64,000 nucleotides of DNA from Entomortierella parvispora E1425 (taxonomy: Eukaryota > Fungi > Mortierellomycota), in contig BQFW01000013.1 of NCBI GenBank assembly GCA_020891255.1, positions 558,001-622,000 on the forward strand. Direction: 5' to 3'. A program made the translations under genes and the position numbers. Of the stretch, positions 23,011-33,356 are shown piece after piece. Within the stretch, counting starts at the first letter, position 1. Every line of letters starts with the position of its first letter. Under the pieces are notes generated by a model. The model saw only the letters and a program-made list of their open reading frames with translations, was not told the DNA's origin and made no database searches.

Positions 23011-24167
23011 AAAACGTACAATCCCAACGGACCATGTGTTGTTTTTCTTTCTGCTTTTGTAATCCATGTAATTGTGTTCTCGAAGGGGGACCGACGAAAC
23101 AAAAGGAGGAAAAAACCAAAAATGCACACCACCTTTCCCCTCCCCTCTTCTCTCCCACTCTCACTTTGCTAGACTCGACCGGATTCCTGTTAAGCTACCG
23201 CCCATTCACGCATCGATCCTCCCTCCCTCCTTCCACGAATATAAACAGTACCCTCTTTTCCTTTTTCAAAGCTCTTGTTTCAATGCCAGCAAGAGTCCAA
23301 TAAACCCATAAACAATTTGCAAATAGAATTAACAGTGACTATGCCTGGGTTCCACCGAGGTGCTATTGCAATCCCAGGTGGCTACATGAAGTAGATGTAG
23401 GTGGACTCTATAGAAGGGAGTGAGAGAAGAGGACGGAACGGCGTTTTATTGTGCTTTGCATGTGCATCTCATGTGTTTGTGTCTGTGCGATCTGATCTAT
23501 CATCTCTCGCTCTCTCTCTCTCTCTCTTCCAGCAGAGGAAATAAAAATCCGAAAGATCTTTAGATAGAGTGAGTGAGATACAGTAGTGAGGAATAAACGA
23601 TCAAGGGTGCAAAGAGATGAGCGATTTAGGACAGACTCAGCACCCTCCCAGGCCGGCAGATGTCAACATGGACGGGGTCCTTCCAGCCAATCAGAATAAT
23701 GGCTCAAGTGCTGCTGTGACATGACAGACCGCCGAACGACGCGGACGAGAGGGGGGGGGGAAATGTCAATTTTTTTTCTATTTCTCTCACACTGGCGCAC
23801 ACTTGCACACTTGCATCGCACACACATATCATATCACACATCACGACACACGGCGAGAGAACAGACAGATCGCCATGACCTGCAAGGTACTTGTTTTCGC
23901 TTTCTCTCTTTCTCTCGCACTCTCTTGTGGTTGTCTCGACTCCCAGACCATTGCTGCTTCCATCCATCCATCCATCTCTTTCCTCACCTTCTTCCTTCTC
24001 TACATTCGCTCGCCTCTTCCATCCATCCATCCATCTCTTCTCGTCCCCTCTTTTGTTTCATCATTTCTTTCTCTCTTCTCTCTTCTCTCTTCTTTCCTTC
24101 AATCACTCTCTCCTTCTCCCCTCCTGCTTAAACCCAAAGCTTGATATTCCATCGCAGAGCATGCATC

Positions 24168-26549
24168 ATGGCCCAGAGAATCATCCCCCTAGTGCTCTTC
24201 CATGACCGGCCACTGTCGAGCAATCCACTCCCGGACACTGACGCATCCGAACCCAGTCCGCACTCACAGCTGTCCACCTCTCCAAAAGGCGGCTCTCGCG
24301 CAACGACAACAACCAGGTCAATAGCAGACAGTGGCATGGACATCGATGTTGACCCAGATTCGGATATGCAACTTGACCCTAAGACCTCCGAGAGTCGTGA
24401 CCAAACAAAGGACAACTGCAACAGTAATACCCAGCCATCATCCGCCTTTGAGAGCGATGCCTCCGGTGCAAACACTGATCTCCAAGTGCTGGGGACCAGC
24501 AATCCAAAGACCCCCTCGGATTCTGTGGACGCCACCATCTCTGCAAGTTCTGAGAGGACAAGTCCAGGGCCTGTCGAAATCATGCAAACAAAACCCTTGT
24601 CAGCTCTGGATGAACCAACATCTACGTCCATGGTCGTCTCTCCACCTTCGTCTCTGTCATCGAGCGCCTCTGGGCTCATGATCGATACCTTGGCAAAATC
24701 GCTTTCACCGGCGCGCGTGGACATGCATCGGAAACGGATAGAGAGGATGCTCCAACAGAACGCGCTGATGTGGTGGGAGCTTGTCCGGTACACACGAACA
24801 TTGGAACGAAAAGAGCGCGAGCTGGAGCTGGACAGGGAACAATTTCGACCTCCAGGAACACCGATGGGCTGGGGCAAGAGAAAGATTGTACATCATTATC
24901 ACCATCATCATCACCACCACCACCCATCCATGCCACCACTCCACCCCCAGCAACAGCAGTCCTTGGCCTCGGGCTCAACGTCAACTATGTCGTCAAGAAA
25001 GTTCAAGATAAAGGGCGGACGACGAGCCTACCCATATGAATACCCACTGGCGATCAGCGATCGAGCTCAACCCCACCGACCCCCCTCGCCTCACCATCAG
25101 CCACATCCATCCGCCTCGCAGACACCACCCCCACCTTCTCGGGAGAGTGAACAAGGTAGACCTTCCAGTAGCGCGAGGGGAGATCCAGTCATTACTCGAC
25201 CTGTCCCTGTCAAGCCCAGCACATTTGCAAACCCTTCATTGACAGGACCGCCAACGCTGGCCACTGGATCCTCGTCAGTTTCTACATCAGTTCCCACATC
25301 TCCAGGGGCAGCTGCTCATCAGAAGACTGCGGTATCGAATTCAAAACCTCTTGGATCAGCGCCACAGCCTCCTGCATCTTCAGACTCACCATCTGCTTCA
25401 ACCTCTGCTCAACGAGAAGACGAAGACTGCAATCACCAAGGCGGAGATGGCGGCAATGCTCACCCTGAAGACCAATGTCCCAACTCTGGATCTGTAGATC
25501 CTAATCGGAAGCGTCGCGGCAATCTCCCAAAGTCAGTCACAGCAGTCTTGAAGGCTTGGCTGGTCCAGAATGCTATTCACCCTTATCCAACTGAAGATCA
25601 AAAGCAGCAATTGTCCGAGGCCACGAACTTGTCTTTGAACCAGATCAGCAATTGGTTTATTAATGCTCGACGACGTATCTTGCAACCGATCCTGGTTCAG
25701 GCGGCCGCAGAGGCTGTGGCGGGCACGGATGCTCCGATGGACAATGTTCTGATTGTACGAAAGGGCAAAGGATCCAGGATGCAAGTTGAGATGGAAGGAG
25801 CGGTTGCACAAGCTTCCAGTTCCAGTGCAGGCGCTGGTCCTAGTGCAGGTGCTGGCTCAGCATCAAGTCCGGGTCCGAATACGGCAAGTTCGAGCACAGA
25901 TGTAAAACTTCTGCAGCAGCAACGGCAGACACCTCCAGCTGCGGGACCCTCCACTGCCAGTCGTGGCACCAACTTGCACGAGGAACGTCGGCCAGTTGCG
26001 AGATCACCGTCGTACAGGGATCAGGGCTATGGTCACACCTCTCACCCGCCACCCAGTTCTCATTCTCGACCTGAATCTCCTCTTCACCATCCTCGCACAC
26101 AGTCTGAACACCCAGGACATCTTTACCAACAGCACCAGAATCAGCACCAGCATCAGTATCAACATCAGCATCCACACCGTCATCAACCACCACCTCCACC
26201 ACAATACCCACACCGGCATTCACAGGAGCATTTTTACCATGAACGAGCGCACCAAGCCCACCAGGCTCATATGGAGAATCTGGAGCATGACCATCGTCCA
26301 TACCACAGACATCAACCACAACCACAACCACATATGCACACACCATACCCATATGCCAGCCACCCACATCCACAATCACACTCGCACCCACAGACTCCCC
26401 AGCACCCATCGCAACGTTCGTCTCAACACCAACGGAACCATCAGCTCTCTCCACACAGCCATGGTTACTACTCGCCCCAATCACGAACTCGGTCTCCCTC
26501 CCCTTCTCACCCTCCTCACTCGTCGAGCAAAGTTCCTGCTCCAGCATAA
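24168..26549 (+). CDS. TALE-class homeodomain transcription factor (Cup9/Tos8/PKNOX-like)
   Basis: RKRRGNLPKSVTAVLKAWLVQNAIHPYPTEDQKQQLSEATNLSLNQISNWFINARRRIL contains the PYP loop extension and WFINARRR helix 3; it is flanked by His/Pro/Gln-rich disordered regions. The first in-frame ATG is at 24168. Confidence 0.93.
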   Translation: MAQRIIPLVLFHDRPLSSNPLPDTDASEPSPHSQLSTSPKGGSRATTTTRSIADSGMDIDVDPDSDMQLDPKTSESRDQTKDNCNSNTQPSSAFESDASGANTDLQVLGTSNPKTPSDSVDATISASSERTSPGPVEIMQTKPLSALDEPTSTSMVVSPPSSLSSSASGLMIDTLAKSLSPARVDMHRKRIERMLQQNALMWWELVRYTRTLERKERELELDREQFRPPGTPMGWGKRKIVHHYHHHHHHHHPSMPPLHPQQQQSLASGSTSTMSSRKFKIKGGRRAYPYEYPLAISDRAQPHRPPSPHHQPHPSASQTPPPPSRESEQGRPSSSARGDPVITRPVPVKPSTFANPSLTGPPTLATGSSSVSTSVPTSPGAAAHQKTAVSNSKPLGSAPQPPASSDSPSASTSAQREDEDCNHQGGDGGNAHPEDQCPNSGSVDPNRKRRGNLPKSVTAVLKAWLVQNAIHPYPTEDQKQQLSEATNLSLNQISNWFINARRRILQPILVQAAAEAVAGTDAPMDNVLIVRKGKGSRMQVEMEGAVAQASSSSAGAGPSAGAGSASSPGPNTASSSTDVKLLQQQRQTPPAAGPSTASRGTNLHEERRPVARSPSYRDQGYGHTSHPPPSSHSRPESPLHHPRTQSEHPGHLYQQHQNQHQHQYQHQHPHRHQPPPPPQYPHRHSQEHFYHERAHQAHQAHMENLEHDHRPYHRHQPQPQPHMHTPYPYASHPHPQSHSHPQTPQHPSQRSSQHQRNHQLSPHSHGYYSPQSRTRSPSPSHPPHSSSKVPAPA

Positions 26550-27090
26550 GATGCAGCACCGCTCCTAATAAAAATAATGGTGTGTACTGGAATAATATGT
26601 TATACACGAGTTATGTTGCTCAGATCTGAATACTGGGCGTGCTTCTGTTTTTGCAACACCAAACCCATGCTCATATGTCGCCGAGGCACTTTGTTCAGAA
26701 AATCTCTCGTTCGGCCCTAGGTCCCCGGAACCAAACAACTACGCGACAGTTGAACAAGGAATAGAGTAACTGCCTACAAGACTGAAGGAGTGAAGGGGTG
26801 AAGGAAAATAATATGGCTAGGCATAGTTCGTAAAACGCCTCACCAGCATGTGGGGTTCAAAACCGTAGGCGAATACAGCCACCAGGCAGACACTGCTTGA
26901 CAAAGTGAACGGACTGCATGAAGTGAACACCCGCGGTGTGTCCGTGGCGCTGTCTGTTCGCTTTCTCTGGACGCGTCCATCTGTCTGTCCGGGGCCACTT
27001 CCTCATCCCTCGCTCCACCCCATCCATTCGCCCACACACAGACCATTGTGCCAGTGTCATCCTTCTTCGTTGCACCAAGACATCCCTCCC

Positions 27091-27098
27091 TATAAAAG
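27091..27098 (+). promoter_or_regulatory. TATA box (TATAAAAG) of the AtuA-family gene
   Basis: Canonical TATAAAAG about 140 nt upstream of ATG 27234, followed by a CT-rich leader. Confidence 0.7.
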
Positions 27099-27233
27099 GA
27101 ACCCTCCCTCGCTCTCGGCTCACTCTCCACTTGTTCATTCATTTCTTTCATTCGCTTTTTCATTCATCTCTTTTTATCGGCTCTTTTTCTTTCTTCCTCT
27201 CTTCCTTTCTTCACTCAACTCTACCCCACAACC

Positions 27234-29456
27234 ATGGCTCCTGAAAAGACTGTCCGCATCGGATGCTATAGCGCCTTCTGGGGCGATTCGGTCTCGGCTG
27301 CTGAGCAACTAGTCACCCTCGAGGGCAAGAACCTCGACTACCTCGTTGCTGACTACCTGGCCGGTAACGTATTCTTGCCCCATGACTGCCAACTCTTTTT
27401 TTTTTTTTTTTTTTTTTGTTTCATAGTTCCCAGCTGGCTGGTTCGCACCGACTGCCTTCTTCGAAACAACTCCGAGCTGCTCGTCCTTCTAATACTCTGA
27501 TCTGATTTTATTGACCGCTCTAGAGGTCACAATGGGTCTTTTGGCCCGTCACCGCAAATCGGGTGAAGGCTCCAAAAAGCCCAGCCGCGCCGGTCCAGGT
27601 GGATATGTGGGCGACTTTATCACATTTGTTTGGAAGAGACTGATCGAGGACATTGTCGCCAACGGCACCAAGGTCATCACCAACGCTGGAGGACTGGACC
27701 CCTTGGCCCTCAAGGAGGCCATTGAAACCATCGCTCAGGAGAACGGTATCGAAGGATTGGTCGTTGCTGCTGTCACTGGTGATGACTTGCATCACAGAGC
27801 TGAGGAGATGAACGCCAAGGGTGAGCTTTTGCCCTTCAACTACATCACTGGAAACAAGGATGAGGTCGACCGCTACCCAGGAGCTGAAAAGAAGAACCTC
27901 TCCTTGAACGCCTATTTGGGAGCCGTGCCCATTGCACAGGCTCTGGATGCCGGCGCCACCATTGTTGTGACAGGACGCGTTGTGGACAGTGCCCTGGTTC
28001 TGGGACCTCTCTTGCACGAGTACAAGTGGAATCCCAACAAGGACTGGGACCAGATGGCAGGAGCTTCTTTGGCAGGACATATTATCGAGTGTGGTTGCCA
28101 CACCACTGGAGGCAACTTCACGGATTGGGAACTCAGCGCAAACTCTCCCCATGGAGGATGGGCCAACATGGGTTTCCCCGTCGTCGAGTGCCAGGCCAAT
28201 GGTGACTTTACGGTCACCAAGCCAGCCGAGACGGGTGGATTGGTCACGGTGGCGACTGTGGGTGAACAATTGGTCTATGAGGTCCTTGACCCTGGCGCGT
28301 ACATTTTGCCCGATGTCATTCTGGATCTTCGCAATGTCAAGTTGACCCAGGTCGGAAAGGATCGGGTCTTGGTGACTGGCGCCAAAGGCAGAGCCCCCAC
28401 CCCTTACCTCAAGTGCTCTGGAATCTATGTCGAGGGTTACAAGATCACGGCTGATTTGTGGATAGGAGGTGTTGACGCGAGACGAAAGGTATGTCGCCGT
28501 CGGGCATTGATTCTCTGCATGTTGCCGCTTGAGTTCAATATTTTAACTTGTTTCGATTCTAGGCTCTTGCTGTCGGTGAAGCCGTTGTGAAGCGCGGTCG
28601 CAAGAACCTGGAGAAATTCGGCATCGAGGATTTCACTGCTGTTCGTGTGGAGGCCCTTGGATCCGAGTCGTCCTATGGGTAAGTCACTCTACTCGTTGAT
28701 ATTTGCTCATGAGCGACCAAAAAAAAAAAAGACATCTAGACCCCAGCTGACACAATTTTTCATTGTAGACCCCACTCAACCGCCCTTGATGCCCGCGAGG
28801 TGTGCTGCCGAATCACAGCTGTCCATCCCGAGAAGCATGGTCTGCTCCTTTTGGGAGTCGAACTTGCCCCCAGTGCTACTGGAAACGCACCCGGTATCAC
28901 CGGAGGCGGAGCCGGTCGTCCCCACCCTAGTCCCAACATGACCCATTACTCAATCTTGGCTCCCAAGGTGGCCGTGCCTGCCAAGTTGACGATTGGCAGT
29001 GGTGATACACAGATTGAAAAGATCGTTCCCTTCACTGGACCCAGCAGCGCCCAGAACGAATTCCCACCGGAGCTGCCAGCCGCGCCTCTTCCTCCGGCGA
29101 ATGCATCCTCGGAGGAGACGGTGTTGATTCCGTTGATCCGAATTGCCTATGCTCGCAGTGGAGACAAGGGAGACACGGCCAATGTGGGTGTCATTGCCAG
29201 AGATCCCAAATTCTACCCTTATATCAATCAACAGTTGACGGCCGAGTCTGTGAAGGAATACATGAGCCACTTGGCTCAGGGCAAGGTGGCGCGCTATGAG
29301 CTGCCCGGCATCCACGCCTTGAACTTTGTGTTGACCCGCAGTTTGGGCGGTGGTGGTCTGAGCTCGCTGAACTTGGATCGCCAGGGCAAGTCATATGGCC
29401 AAATGTTGCTGAGCTTCAAGGTCAAGGTTCCCAAAGGATTGCTTTCTAACCTTTGA
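27234..29456 (+). CDS. Acyclic terpene utilisation AtuA (DUF1446) family protein (4 exons)
   Basis: [24 protein letters not shown](V)TM across intron 1, [53 protein letters not shown] and [21 protein letters not shown], plus the C-terminal domain [19 protein letters not shown]...[16 protein letters not shown]. Confidence 0.93.
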
Positions 29457-29975
29457 AGAGGGAAGGAAGGCGGGCAAAACAGGACGGATGGAGAAGAGAT
29501 TCTTGACTGAACATAAGTTAATAAAACCAAGTATACCTGTATACCCGCTCAAGGAAGTGAAGTGAGAGAAGAGAAGAGAAGAATGTCCTTCCTCGTTTGC
29601 TCTTGAAGAGATGAATGAGAGAGGGATGGTCCATTCTCGCACTGAGAATAATACAGTAGACAGGTGTGGCACGTGCGCCAAGCTGTTGAAGCGTACTTCA
29701 CTCAGACAGACGAGCGAGTCACCATTCATGAAGTCCAACGAGGGTGCGCGTCAAAAGTAAACAGTCAAAAGGGCTACAAGGCCTGAATGACCGGGGACTC
29801 GCTCGATGGACGTGTGTCAATTTTGTCGGCCCTGTCGCCCATACCGAGCACAAAAAGGCGGCCTTTTTTTTTTCTTGGCTTTTCTTGCTTTTCTTTCTCA
29901 CACTCTTCCCGCACCCTCATTCACCCACATACATACACACACTTGCACACACACATTTCCATTTCCATTCCTTCC

Positions 29976-30716
29976 ATGGTCCATTCCCTCCATGGCCCCA
30001 AGGTTGTGCAAGTCAATGCACGCACACACGCGAGCGCTCTGCTCGCGTTTAAGGTATTTTTGAGAAATGAAATCCAGCCAAACAAACAAAAGACGAAAGC
30101 CCACATCTGCACAGCACGCCCTGATTCATTTTTTCAGACCACTGACGCCCTTGCATGTCCATCCTCTTTTGTAACTGCCCTTGCACAGCTGGCACGCAGA
30201 GAGCCAACAAAGATGCCATCTGCAGCGCAACGGCCTGCATCCTCGCCTCAAACACCGTCTTTCTTGACGGCAAGCTGCCTCTGTGAGGCGCAGTCGTTAA
30301 GAAAAGACCGCCTCTCGACCCCCAAGGTCCCAAGAGTTGGCCACGCTGGCCACAAGCCTCACTCTTTTACCAAGGCACTGCCCGCTGCAGCCTGCCGAGC
30401 ACTTCAAGAACAGCTCTCCCTCCAGACCCACGGAGGGTCAGCCTTCCTGGGAACAAGCCTCTGCACCCCAAGACAGGGGTTCTCCGGGCGTTACCCGCCT
30501 TTCAAGATCATCGGCACCTCTCGAAGCTCCACAACAGTCTCTCGCCCATGTGTGGAATGCTCGGCCCTTGACATGTCTGCCGACAAGAACAGCTTTCCTC
30601 CCTGGTCACCCTCGAGGGCCGTGCCTACCTGTTCTGCTGCGCACACCAACAAAAGCAGTCCAGCTTCGAGAAATGTGGCCCTCGGCATCGCGTACCATGT
30701 CAAAAAAAAAGTGTAA
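29976..30716 (+). pseudogene. Orphan or degenerate gene-like segment upstream of the tandem repeat
   Basis: A CT/CA-rich leader, ATG at 29976, a plausible 84-nt intron (GTATTT 30054 .. TTTTCAG 30137) and GC-rich coding-like sequence ending at a GTAAGT (30713). No frame gives a recognisable protein. Confidence 0.3.
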
Positions 30717-32530
30717 GTTCTCTCTCTCCCTCTTCCTTCCCTTTTCTTCCACGTGGACGAGCGTTGCAACGACGCAGAACAAGTCGGGGTCCTTCTACTT
30801 GTTGCTCAGCTACCCTGGTCCGTTCTATGCTCTATGCGTTTGGCCCATTCTCAGGCGGAGAAGAGTGCGCATAGAGCCAGTTTTGTTGGAAAGATCGAGC
30901 GGCTCTAGGAGTTCCTCATTGTATCTTTTCAACAGACTGGTGTGTACTTTTAGCTATTTTGATGGGTTGGATTAGCGTACGACGCGGTGAGCCATGGCTG
31001 GTGGTTCTTTTTTTTACCGGTGCCTATGATATGACAACGACCAAGTTGGGTTCTGGTTTGTTCATAAGACGCCTGCTATACACAGATATCCCTCGTATTT
31101 TATACGCGGATGCTGCCCAGTTTGTCTTTAACGTTGGTTAAAAGGGTTTCTTCTGGTGCTATACTGATGATGAAGGAGAACAATGATGAATGTGCCACTC
31201 AAGGACATAGTATTAACCTCCCTTCCAATCTCCTCTCCTTTTCTCTATGCAACGCCGCATGCACTCGCTTGCCACGGTCGGACGAGATGCCCTGGCTGGC
31301 ACTTCTCCCCAGGAGCGATGACAAGGAACAAAGTAAGTCTTGTCTCTCCCCCTCCCTCCCTTTTCTTCCACGTGGACGAGCGTTGCAACGACGCAGAGCA
31401 AGTCGGGGTCCTTCTACTTGTTGCTCAGCTACCCTGGTCCGTTCTATGCTCTATGCGTTTGGCCCATTCTCAGGCGGAGAAGAGTGCGCATAGAGCCAGT
31501 TTTGTTGGAAAGATCGAGCGGCTCTAGGAGTTCCTCATTGTATCTTTTCAACAGACTTGGTGTGTACTTTTAGCTATTTTGATGGGTTGGATTAGCGTAC
31601 GACGCGGTGAGCCATGGCTGGTGGTTCTTTTTTTTACCGGTGCCTATGATATGACAACGACCAAGTTGGGTTCTGGTTTGTTCATAAGACGCCTGCTATA
31701 CACAGATATCCCTCGTATTTTATACGCGGATGCTGCCCAGTTTGTCTTTAACGTTGGTTAAAAGGGTTTCTTCTGGTGCTATACTGATGATGAAGGAGAA
31801 CAATGATGAATGTGCCACTCAAGGACATAGTATTAACCTCCCTTCCAATCTCCTCTCCTTTTCTCTATGCAACGCCGCATGCACTCGCTTGCCACGGTCG
31901 GACGAGATGCCCTGGCTGGCACTTCTCCCCAGGAGCGATGACAAGGAACAAAGTAAGTCTTGTCTCTCCCCCTCCCTCCCTTTTCTTCCACGTGGACGAG
32001 CGTTGCAACGACGCAGAGCAAGTCGGGGTCCTTCTACTTGTTGCTCAGCTACCCTGGTCCGTTCTATGCTCTATGCGTTTGGCCCATTCTCAGGCGGAGA
32101 AGAGTGCGCATAGAGCCAGTTTTGTTGGAAAGATCGAGCGGCTCTAGGAGTTCCTCATTGTATCTTTTCAACAGACTGGTGTGTACTTTTAGCTATTTTG
32201 ATGGGTTGGATTAGCGTACGACGCGGTGAGCCATGGCTGGTGGTTCTTTTTTTTACCGGTGCCTATGATATGACAACGACCAAGTTGGGTTCCGGTTTGT
32301 TCATAAGACGCTTGCTATACACAGACATTCCCCATATTTTATATGCGGATGCTGCCCAGTTTGTCTTTAACGTTGGTTAAAAGGGCTTCTTTTAGTGCTA
32401 TACTGATGATGAAGGAAAACGATGATGAATGTGGTAATGAAGAACATGGTATTAAACCCCCTTTCAACTCTACTCTTTTCTTTGGCTGTGGAATGCACTT
32501 CGCTCCCACGACTATCCGCTGCCGAGATCT
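30713..32530. repeat. Tandem direct repeat, 620-bp unit, about 2.9 copies
   Basis: Units start with GTAAGT at 30713, 31333 and 31953. The block TTTTCTTCCACGTGGACGAGCGTTGCAACGACGCAGA recurs at 30742, 31361 and 31981, and identical ORF translations recur (30959/31579/32198; 31110/31730). The third copy diverges progressively after about 32290. Confidence 0.97.
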
Positions 32531-33356
32531 ATCTTGACTTTGACCTGCCGCCAATCTTGAATCTTTTGCGCTGTGTACGAAATAGTAATAAAAAAAATGC
32601 CCCATCAAAACAACTATCTGCCCTTGCGGCTTTTCTACTTGGGAGTGGTGATGACGATACCAAGTAGGCGAGCCTCTCTTCCTGGTGTTGGTCTCACTGA
32701 ATGGAAGATCGTTGCTAGCCAAACCCGGAAACGAATCAAACAAGTCTTTTCCAGTGCTTGTACTTGGACTGGGTCGCCCTGAACACTCGCTATCAATCGT
32801 CGGCCTTGCATTCATGGTTTTATTCAGTCTTTTGCAAGTGTCGCTGTTTATGTCCCTGGGAGCATCTCCACCTGTGTATGTAGGCAACTGATACGCCGTT
32901 GCCCTCTTGCGAATGAAGGAAGATCCTTTCCGCTCCTGCCGCGATCGCTCCACAGTGCGATTTCGCCAAGGTCTTTTTTCTCAATATAAAGCTGAGAGAA
33001 GGAGGGCGGTGGATGGATGTTCTGAAGGTTACCAGAGTAAAGTGACCTCGACGAAGGAGAACAACAGACAACCTCTCGCCCTTGACAGATCGTCAGTCCT
33101 GTCGCGTTGGGGCATCCTTTTTTTTCTTTTGGCGCATTAAACATTCATCTTGACCCCTTAACAACCCTCCAGGCTCGCGTCTTTTTTTTTTTGCCACCGA
33201 AATCCAAAAATGACCAGAGGCGCCTTCTTCGTTCAGTGGCATCTCTTCAACAATCCACTCCTCCTTCGCTTGCTCACCCCCCCCCTTCTTCATCAGCATA
33301 GAACAGGACTTCGTTTCTCTGGATATCCAGCCTTTCTCCCAACCAGTCCTCGCACG

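Noticed and set aside
30605-30619. 15-nt exact match GTCACCCTCGAGGGC shared with the AtuA gene (27312-27326)
   Set aside because: About one to two such 15-mer matches are expected by chance in 64 kb, and the flanks do not align.
30833-30897. YAFGPFSGGEECA*SQFCWKD in each repeat unit resembles a cytochrome P450 heme motif (FxxGxRxCxG)
   Set aside because: The spacing is one residue short, the Arg and Gly are absent, and no I- or K-helix motifs lie upstream at the expected distance; too weak to call.
31160-31200. TGATGA box-C-like motifs in each repeat unit
   Set aside because: No box D (CTGA) at a suitable distance downstream and no terminal stem; not a C/D snoRNA.
30713-32530. Repeat array considered as CRISPR-like or LTR pair
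   Set aside because: Units are contiguous 620-bp duplicates without unique spacers, TG..CA termini, PBS/PPT or internal gag-pol.
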